DNA of 64,000 nucleotides from Vicinamibacterales bacterium (GTDB taxonomy: Bacteria; Acidobacteriota; Vicinamibacteria; Vicinamibacterales; UBA8438). This document shows positions 54,164-64,000 of the stretch, piece after piece (within the stretch, counting starts at the first letter, position 1; each line of letters opens with the position of its first letter). The notes below the pieces were generated by a model. That model was not told the DNA's origin. It saw nothing but the letters and a program-made list of their open reading frames with translations, and ran no database searches. The stretch is from assembly GCA_965262555.1 (NCBI GenBank), contig OZ253543.1, forward strand, positions 2,691,218 through 2,755,217, written 5' to 3'. Position numbers and translations under genes: made by a program.

Positions 54164-56488
54164 GTGCAATCCACAAGCGCCGCCGCCTGCCTTGTCCTTT
54201 TGCTCTCCGCCGCGCCGTCCGGGGCGCAGCCGTCGAACGGGCGCGCCACTGGAGGCGCCGAGCAGAAGCCGGAGGAGGTCGGCAACGGTCGACTGATCGT
54301 GGGCGATCCCGCGGCGACGCCCGCCCAGACGCGGCCGGGCGGGCGCCAGCCCGGGGGCGGGTTTTCCATACGCGGCGGCCCGACCGTGGCGGCGCAACGG
54401 ACGCCCGATCCCCCGGTCGTGGACGGGCGCCTGGACGACCTGGTCTGGCGCGACGCGGCGCTGGTCACGGAGTTCGTCCAGACCAACCCGGTCGAGGGCG
54501 CCGCACCGACCGAGGCGACCGAAGTGCGAATCGCGTACGACGCCGACTATCTGTATATCGCCTTTTATGCGCACTACGAGGATCCGTCCCAGATGCGGGC
54601 GAACCGCGTGGACCGCGACTCGGCGCGGCGCGACGACTGGATGGCGGTCATTGTCGACACGTTCCACGATCAGCAGCGCGCGTACCGGTTCTCGGTCAAC
54701 CCGTACGGCGTGCAGGGCGACGCGATCCTGAGCGCCGGCCGGCGCCGCCGCGGACCGCCCGGCGGTGGTGGCGACTCGAGTTGGGACACGCTCTTCCAAT
54801 CGGGCGGCGTGATCGTCGCCGACGGCTGGACGGCGGAGATGGCGATCCCCTTCAAGAGCCTCCGCTACCCCTCCCGGGGCGAAGGGGCGCACCGCTGGGG
54901 GTTCCAGATTGTCCGAACGATGCAGACGAAGGACGAAACGATCGTCTGGTCGCCGGTAAGCCGCAACATCGCCGGCGAGCTGACGCAGATGGGCGTCCTC
55001 GAGGGCCTGCGCGGCTTGTCGGTCAGCCGCAACCTGGAGATCCTGCCGACCTCAACCGCCATTCAGCTCGGAAAACGGGGCGATTCCGGTTACGTCGAGG
55101 ATCGGGTCCGGCCGGACAGTGGAATAAACGTCAAGTACGGCATCACGTCCGACCTGACGGCCGACTTCACGTTCAATCCCGACTTCTCGCAGATCGAGTC
55201 GGACCGTCCCCAGATTGAGGTCAATCAACGCTTCCCGCTGTTCTTCCCCGAATTGCGTCCGTTCTTTCTTGAGGGACAGGAGATCTTCCGCGTGCCGGGC
55301 CGCAATCGGCTGGTTCACACCCGAACCATTGTCGACCCGCAGTTCGGCGCCAAGCTGACCGGCAAGGCGGGTCGAGCGACCCTCGGCGCCCTCGTGGTGA
55401 ACGACGCGGCGCCCGGCAAGCTGGATGACTCGGCCGAGGCAGGCTACGGACAGACCGCGCAGTTCATGGTCGGACGAGCGCGGTACGACCTGTACGCCGA
55501 GTCGTACGTCGGGGCCATCGTCACCGACCGCGAGTTTCTCAACTCATACAGCCGGGTGGGCGGCGTGGATGGCCGGTTCAGGATTGGCCAGAGCCACAGC
55601 GCGTCGTTCCTGGCAGTCGCCTCCTCGAACCGCGATCTGGACGGCACGGAACGCGACGGCCCGTTGATCGACCTTCAGTTCAGGCGCGACAGCCGCCAGC
55701 TCAACTATCAGGTCCAGTACAACCGGATCGACCCCGACTTCCGCACCGCTGCGGGCTTCCTCCGCCGCTGGGACATTCGGCGGCTCGAGAGCCAGATCCG
55801 GTACGACTGGTGGCCGGAGCACTGGCTCATCAGTTGGGGACCGCAGGTCTCGTACATGCGGATCGTGGATTATGCCGGCGTGCTGCAGGATCAGGACGTC
55901 CGCGCCAACGTGAACTTTCGCTTCACGCGCAACATCTTCTTCCGCGTCAACGCACGGCGCGAGATGGAGCGCTTCGAGGGCGTCGACTTCCACAAGACCC
56001 GTTTCTCGATCAACAACGGGATCAATTCGAGCCGGCGGGTGTCGCTGTTCTACAGCATCAACTGGGGCGATCAGATTCGCTTCATCGACAACCCCTACCT
56101 GGGCCGGTCGTTCGAGTACAACATCAACGTCACGCTGCGCCCGACCTCCCGGCTGAACACCCAGCTCCGCCTCGACGCCAGCCGCCTCACGAACCCGGTC
56201 ACCGGCCAACCGGCGTTCGACGTGAAGATCCTGCGCGCCTTCACTACCTACCAGTTCACCGACCGGCTGCTCATCCGGAACATCCTGGAGCGGAACACCG
56301 GCGACGGCAAGGTGGGCATCAACGTGCTGCTCACCTATCGCGTCAACTCCGGGACGGTCTTTTTTGCCGGGTTCGACGACCGGCTGCAAGAGGGGATCTT
56401 CCTCGACAAGGAAGAGTTCTACACGCGTGACCTGGAGCGGTATCGGCGGGCGTTCTTCCTGAAGTTCCAGTACCTCTTCCGCTACTGA
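54164..56488 (+). CDS. DUF5916/CBM9-like large exported protein, copy 3
   Basis: Signal peptide. VDGRLDD..W CBM9-like start. NPDFSQIESDRPQIEVNQRFPLFFPELRPFF block. C-terminal FQYLFRY. Confidence 0.75.
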   Translation: MQSTSAAACLVLLLSAAPSGAQPSNGRATGGAEQKPEEVGNGRLIVGDPAATPAQTRPGGRQPGGGFSIRGGPTVAAQRTPDPPVVDGRLDDLVWRDAALVTEFVQTNPVEGAAPTEATEVRIAYDADYLYIAFYAHYEDPSQMRANRVDRDSARRDDWMAVIVDTFHDQQRAYRFSVNPYGVQGDAILSAGRRRRGPPGGGGDSSWDTLFQSGGVIVADGWTAEMAIPFKSLRYPSRGEGAHRWGFQIVRTMQTKDETIVWSPVSRNIAGELTQMGVLEGLRGLSVSRNLEILPTSTAIQLGKRGDSGYVEDRVRPDSGINVKYGITSDLTADFTFNPDFSQIESDRPQIEVNQRFPLFFPELRPFFLEGQEIFRVPGRNRLVHTRTIVDPQFGAKLTGKAGRATLGALVVNDAAPGKLDDSAEAGYGQTAQFMVGRARYDLYAESYVGAIVTDREFLNSYSRVGGVDGRFRIGQSHSASFLAVASSNRDLDGTERDGPLIDLQFRRDSRQLNYQVQYNRIDPDFRTAAGFLRRWDIRRLESQIRYDWWPEHWLISWGPQVSYMRIVDYAGVLQDQDVRANVNFRFTRNIFFRVNARREMERFEGVDFHKTRFSINNGINSSRRVSLFYSINWGDQIRFIDNPYLGRSFEYNINVTLRPTSRLNTQLRLDASRLTNPVTGQPAFDVKILRAFTTYQFTDRLLIRNILERNTGDGKVGINVLLTYRVNSGTVFFAGFDDRLQEGIFLDKEEFYTRDLERYRRAFFLKFQYLFRY

Positions 56489-56500
56489 CCGCATGGTACG

Positions 56501-57705
56501 ATGCGGTCGATGACGACTATCGCCGGGCGACTGTCGCTCAGCGACACGCTCGCGGCGCGTCTGGCCGAGCGGGAGGCGCGCGCGATCCGCCGGCGCCTGC
56601 GGCCGCTCTCGCGCACGACCGGTCCCTACGTCGAGTGTGATGGGCGCCGCGTCCTGCAGTGCTGCTCGAACGACTACCTCGGCCTGGCGTCGCACCCGGC
56701 GGTGACACGGGCCGCGGCCGAGGCGGCCGCGACGTACGGCGCGGGGGCCGGATCGGCCCGGCTCGTTGCCGGCACGTCGACGCTGCACGCCGCGCTGGAG
56801 GACGACCTCGCCCGGCTGAAGGGGACCGAGGCAGCGCTTGTCTTCTCGTCCGGGTACCACGTGAACGCCGGGATCCTGCCCGTCGTGGCGGGCGATGGCG
56901 ACGTGATCCTGAGCGATGCGTTGAACCACGCCAGTCTGATCGACGGCTGCCGGCTGTCGCGCGCGGCGGTGCAGGTGTACCGCCACAACGACGCACGGCA
57001 CCTCGAGGCGCTGCTGCGCGCCGCTGGCCGGTTCCGCCACCGGATCATTGTCACCGAGTCGGTCTTCGCGATGGACGGCGATCTGGCGCCGCTCGCCGAC
57101 ATCGCGGCGGCGGCCCGGCAACACGACGCCTGGCTGGTGGTCGACGAAGCGCACGCAACCGGGGTGTTCGGCCCGACCGGCGGCGGCCTGGTCGAACAGC
57201 TCGACCTGACCGGCGACGTCGAGGTGCAGATTGGCACCCTCAGCAAGGCACTTGGCTCGCTCGGCGGCTTCGTTGCCGGATCGCGCGCGCTGATCGACTG
57301 GGTGCTGAATGCGGCGCGGACATTCGTGTATACGACGGCGCTCCCGCCCCCGGTCGTGGCCGCGGCGCGGGCGGCGATCGCCGTGATGCAGGCCGAGCCG
57401 GAACGGCGGGCGCGGCTCTGGTCGAACGCCGCGACGCTCCGCGCATCCCTCGAGGGCGCCGGCTTCACGCTCGCCGACAGCGCCTCTCCGATCCTGCCGG
57501 TGCTGGTGGGCGATGCGGACGCCGCCGTGCGTCTGGCCGACGCGCTGCTGAACCGGGGCGTGCTCGTTCCCGCCATCCGCCCCCCCACCGTGCCGGAGGG
57601 CACGGCGCGCCTGCGGGTGACGCCGATGGCGACGCACACCGACGAGGATCTGGCCACGGCGGCTGCCGCGTTCGTCGACGCGGGCTACGCAACTGGAGTG
57701 ATCGC

Positions 57706-57709
<4 letters not shown>
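56501..57709 (+). CDS. bioF: 8-amino-7-oxononanoate synthase
   Basis: NDYLGL, DEAHATG and GTLSKALG (PLP lysine) blocks. Confidence 0.9.
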
Positions 57710-60791
<3,082 letters not shown>

Positions 60792-60845
60792 TGGCGGGAG
60801 GCTGACCAATTATAGAGGGCCTCCCCCCTATAATGGACGGTCATC

Positions 60846-62144
60846 ATGTTCGACGGATTGACGCCTGAGACCCTTGCCGCGCGGGAGCGCGAACTGACCG
60901 TGCGGTTCGACGCGCTGTGCCGCACCGGCCTGAACCTCGATCTGACACGCGGCAAGCCGGGCCCCGATCAGGTGGCCCTCTCGGATCAACTCGACCTCAC
61001 GCTCGGCGGCGACTACCGGCTGAAGGACGGCACCGATGCCCGGAACTACGGCGGCCTGACCGGCATTCCGGAGGCGCGCCGGCTCGGCGCCGAGATGCTC
61101 GGGGTCGACCCGGAGCTGGTGATCGCGGGTGGCAACTCCAGCCTGCAACTGATGTACCAGTACGTCCTGCACGCCTGGCTCCACGGGCCGCTCGGTCCAG
61201 GCACGGCGTGGCGGGACGAGCCGGGGCCGCTCCGCTTCCTCTGCGTCGTGCCGGGCTACGACCGCCACTTCACGATCAGCCAGACCCTCGGCTTCGAACT
61301 CGTATCGGTCCCGATCGGCGAGGACGGCCCCGATATGAACATGGTCGAGGCGCTGGTGGCGGACGACCCGGGGATCAAGGGCATCTGGTGCGTGCCGAAG
61401 TACTCCAATCCGACCGGGTGCGTCTACTCGGACGCCGCAGTCGACCGTCTCGCGCAGCTTGCGCGCACTGCCGGTCCCAACTTCCGGATCCTGTGGGACA
61501 ACGCGTACGCCGTGCACGACTTCGACGACGACCCGCCGGTGCTGGCCAACCTGATGGAACGCGCGCAGGAGGCAGGCACCGACGACAGCGTCGTGCTGTT
61601 CACCTCCACGTCGAAGATCACCCGCCCCGGCGCTGGCATCTCATTCGTTGCGATGTCGTCCTCCAATCTCGCGCCGTTCACCGCGACACTCGGCGCACAG
61701 ACGATCGGACCCGACAAGGTGAATCAGTTGCGGCACGTCCGGTACCTGCAGAACCTCGACGGCATCCGGGCTCTGATGCGGCGGCACGCCGCCATCGTCC
61801 GGCCGAAGTTCGACCTGGTGCTGAAGCACCTCGACGAGGGCCTGCGCGCGGACGGTATCGGAACCTGGAGCCGGCCCCGCGGCGGGTACTTCCTCTCGTA
61901 TGACGGGCCGCCCGGCACTGCCGCCACGGCGGTCGCGCTGGCCCGGCAGGCGGGCGTGAAGCTGACGCCCGCCGGCGCCACCTTCCCCTACGGGCGCGAC
62001 CCCGACGACACGAACATCCGGCTCGCGCCCACGTACCCGTCGCTGGATGCACTCGATCGGGCCATGCCCGTCTTCGTCACTGCGGTGGCGCTCGCCGCCG
62101 CCCGCGAGCAGCTTCGGGCGGGCGTCGCTCCGGCCAGCCGCTGA
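60846..62144 (+). CDS. PLP-dependent aminotransferase, class I/II fold
   Basis: PKYSNPTG and FTSTSK (PLP lysine) blocks. Confidence 0.8.
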   Translation: MFDGLTPETLAARERELTVRFDALCRTGLNLDLTRGKPGPDQVALSDQLDLTLGGDYRLKDGTDARNYGGLTGIPEARRLGAEMLGVDPELVIAGGNSSLQLMYQYVLHAWLHGPLGPGTAWRDEPGPLRFLCVVPGYDRHFTISQTLGFELVSVPIGEDGPDMNMVEALVADDPGIKGIWCVPKYSNPTGCVYSDAAVDRLAQLARTAGPNFRILWDNAYAVHDFDDDPPVLANLMERAQEAGTDDSVVLFTSTSKITRPGAGISFVAMSSSNLAPFTATLGAQTIGPDKVNQLRHVRYLQNLDGIRALMRRHAAIVRPKFDLVLKHLDEGLRADGIGTWSRPRGGYFLSYDGPPGTAATAVALARQAGVKLTPAGATFPYGRDPDDTNIRLAPTYPSLDALDRAMPVFVTAVALAAAREQLRAGVAPASR

Positions 62145-62155
62145 CCACCGCCGCG

Positions 62156-62431
62156 TCAGCGGTAGAGCGGGTTCGGGTGATCGAAACGGCAACCGGCGTC
62201 CGCCTGCGGCGGGATGACGTAGCCGAGGTGCTGCAGCGAATAGTCGACTGGCCGTACCAGGTCCGTCGCAACGCCGTTCTTCTCCATGATGGCGCGCGAG
62301 ATCCGAATCAGGCCTTCCGTGTGCGAGAGCTCCGGGCTCGGTTTCAGCGTGCAGTTAAGGAAGATGGCCCGCAGGTCCGAGAAGTCCCACCGACTCTCGG
62401 AGCAGAGTTGCTCCTGACGTTCATCCAGCAT
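62156..62431 (-). CDS. flavodoxin-like/NADPH-dependent FMN reductase family fragment (possibly truncated)
   Basis: AAGGAG RBS. LNCTLKPSPE.S.TE is the N-terminal signature of roughly 190-aa flavodoxin-family reductases, but the ORF stops after 91 aa and similarity is lost after about aa 65. Confidence 0.4.
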   Translation of the reverse strand: MLDERQEQLCSESRWDFSDLRAIFLNCTLKPSPELSHTEGLIRISRAIMEKNGVATDLVRPVDYSLQHLGYVIPPQADAGCRFDHPNPLYR

Positions 62432-62469
62432 CGAAGCTCCTTCAGCACGCCGGCCGAGCCGCAACCCCG

Positions 62470-62970
62470 TCACGGCCTGTGCTCGAATACATGCTCGACT
62501 TCTACAGCCCGCATGCCCGCCCGCTCGGTGACGTTGTCGCCCGCAAGCCGTTCGCCGAACTCGCCGTACCGCGCCATTACCTCGTCCGGCTGCGGCGGCA
62601 GCGGAAACTGCACGACGATGCGCACCTCGCCGCGCGGCCAGCGGAACGTGTTGATCCGGGTCCAGAACGTATTGTCCTGCACCGCGGCGCGCCCCGATGC
62701 CATCAGGTTGTCCGCCGGCCACTCCTCCACCGGCAGCGTCCGGCTCGCCTCGTGCGTCACCCGATAATTCACGTACGCTCCGTCCGGCAGGTCCGTCGCC
62801 CCTTCGATCCAGAGCTGCCGCCACTCCGATCGGTGCGCCACCTCGAGTTGCACCGTCGCGGCCCCATCCGCGGGACCGGCGCCGTCCCCACCGATCCCGC
62901 CCGCCGGACCGCATGCAGCGGCCAGCAGCAGCAGGACCATCGGCCCGACGCGCCACGGCATCGTCAGCAT
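62470..62970 (-). CDS. hypothetical lipoprotein
   Basis: Lipobox LAAAC after MLTMPWRVGPMVLLLL. No family recognised. Confidence 0.55.
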   Translation of the reverse strand: MLTMPWRVGPMVLLLLAAACGPAGGIGGDGAGPADGAATVQLEVAHRSEWRQLWIEGATDLPDGAYVNYRVTHEASRTLPVEEWPADNLMASGRAAVQDNTFWTRINTFRWPRGEVRIVVQFPLPPQPDEVMARYGEFGERLAGDNVTERAGMRAVEVEHVFEHRP

Positions 62971-63035
62971 GCTCCCGATTATATGGAGCACCGGATAGAA
63001 TGCAGCGAGGTGAATCACAGTGAGGTGCTTGCCAC

Positions 63036-63803
63036 ATGAATGAAACAGCAACCGGTCAGACAACCAAGACGACGCGCGGCTGGTTCCCCGCCGTCACCTG
63101 GAGCGCGGCCGCGGTGCTCGTCGGCGCCGCCCTCGTCCTGAGCGCGGCCCTCGGCTACCGCAGCGGCGCCCTGCAACTGATCGACTCCTTCAGCGTCCTG
63201 CGCTGGGGCGCCCGCATCTCCGCCGGCGCGGGCGCCATCGCCCTGATTGCCGCTCTCTGGTCGGCGTTCCGCCGCCTGCATTGGCAGAACGTCCTGGCCG
63301 GCCTGCTCGCAGCCGCGCTCGGCTTCATCTGCTACAACATCCCGGCGCAGCAGCAGGCGATCGCGCGATCGGTGCCGCCGATCCACGACATCACGACCGA
63401 CACGGCCGACCCACCCGAGTTCGTCGCCATCCTCCCCCTCCGAGCCGATGCGCCGAACCCGCCCGAGTACGACCCGGAAGTGGCCGCGCAGCAACAGGAG
63501 GGGTACCCGGATCTCAGCAGCATCACGCTCGACGTTCCGCCCTACGCGGCATTCGAGCAAGCGCTTGCCGCAGCCGAGAGCATGGGCTGGGACATGGTCG
63601 TCGATGATGCCATCAACGGCCGCATCGAAGCGACCGACACCACGTTCTGGTACGGCTTCAAGGACGACGTGGTGATCCGCATCCGCCCCGACGGCAGCGG
63701 TAGCCGCATCGATGTCCGCTCCAAGTCGCGGGTCGGCGGTAGCGACGTCGGTGCGAACGCCCAACGCATCCGCAAGTACACCTCGCGCCTGCTGGGCAAC
63801 TGA
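63036..63803 (+). CDS. DUF1499-like membrane protein
   Basis: TM segments followed by PPIHDITTD..DPPEF, YPDL and DDVVIRI...VRS.SRVG.SD.G.N..RI blocks. Confidence 0.7.
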   Translation: MNETATGQTTKTTRGWFPAVTWSAAAVLVGAALVLSAALGYRSGALQLIDSFSVLRWGARISAGAGAIALIAALWSAFRRLHWQNVLAGLLAAALGFICYNIPAQQQAIARSVPPIHDITTDTADPPEFVAILPLRADAPNPPEYDPEVAAQQQEGYPDLSSITLDVPPYAAFEQALAAAESMGWDMVVDDAINGRIEATDTTFWYGFKDDVVIRIRPDGSGSRIDVRSKSRVGGSDVGANAQRIRKYTSRLLGN

Positions 63804-63831
63804 CGCGCGTGTGGTACGCTTGATCCACTGA

Positions 63832-63908
63832 CGGGGCGTGGCGCAGCCTGGTAGCGCGCCTGCTTTGGGAGCAGGAGGTCCCGAGTTCGAACCTCGGCGC
63901 CCCGACCA
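63832..63908 (+). tRNA. tRNA-Pro (anticodon TGG)
   Basis: Hand-folded cloverleaf. Acceptor CGGGGCG/CGCCCCG, D-arm GCGC-AGCCTGGTA-GCGC, anticodon arm CCTGC-TTTGGGA-GCAGG, T-arm CCGAG-TTCGAAC-CTCGG, encoded CCA. Confidence 0.9.
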
Positions 63909-64000
63909 AGATTCTGTGCAGCCCGGACGCCGGCGGCGCAGGGCAGCGGCCGCAATCAGAAGAAGGCGCGCGCGTGCCACGAGTCGGCGGCCGGCACTTC

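Noticed and set aside
56659-57705. The 5' part of the 826-aa ORF 56659..59139.
   Set aside because: It is out of frame over bioF and reads as Arg/Gly-rich nonsense. bioA starts at ATG 57706, overlapping the bioF stop.
62432-63037. Upstream part of the 293-aa minus-strand ORF 62156..63037.
   Set aside because: It overlaps the better-supported lipoprotein gene 62470..62970 in another frame. Only the last 276 nt, which follow an AAGGAG RBS, look coding.
63015-63980. 321-aa minus-strand ORF.
   Set aside because: It is antisense to the DUF1499-like gene and runs through the tRNA-Pro gene, with Arg/Ala-rich shadow composition.

Overview
This is about 64 kb of very high-G+C bacterial chromosome. 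Hand counts of single 60-nt lines in core genes give about 65-80% G+C. The gene content resembles soil Gemmatimonadota or Acidobacteriota genomes, but that is a low-confidence inference. I support about 66 protein-coding genes and one tRNA-Pro(TGG). I did not recognise any rRNA, CRISPR array, transposase or integrase.

The window is dominated by exported proteins: signal-peptide or lipoprotein enzymes, cupins, beta-propellers and three divergent DUF5916/CBM9-like giant proteins. It also carries transporters (MFS, DASS, CDF, ZIP-like, aquaporin, two HupE/UreJ), acyl-CoA ligases, aminotransferases and a biotin cluster (bioF-bioA-bioD with convergent bioB).

Most notable observations:
1. A UGSC-type selenoprotein gene (607..1155) has an in-frame UGA that splits it into two ORFs. 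A perfect 9-bp SECIS-like hairpin follows the UGA.
2. A low-G+C island of about 2.8 kb (about 25.55-28.5 kb) carries an uncharacterised two-gene cassette plus a Phd/VapC toxin-antitoxin pair. The cassette is a CBS-pair protein with a Swt1-like HEPN RNase motif next to a catalytically intact EEP-family nuclease. The island abuts a 3'-remnant of a PhzF/PBLD-family gene. I consider the cassette a candidate novel defence or abortive-infection module.
3. A DUF5916-like beta-barrel protein recurs next to a conserved secreted protein of unknown function. One DUF5916 copy is wedged between an aminotransferase and bioFAD.
4. A small gene overlaps a nucleotidyltransferase-fold gene in a TA-like arrangement.

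All family assignments come from motif recognition by eye, with no HMM or BLAST run. Start codons are best guesses.
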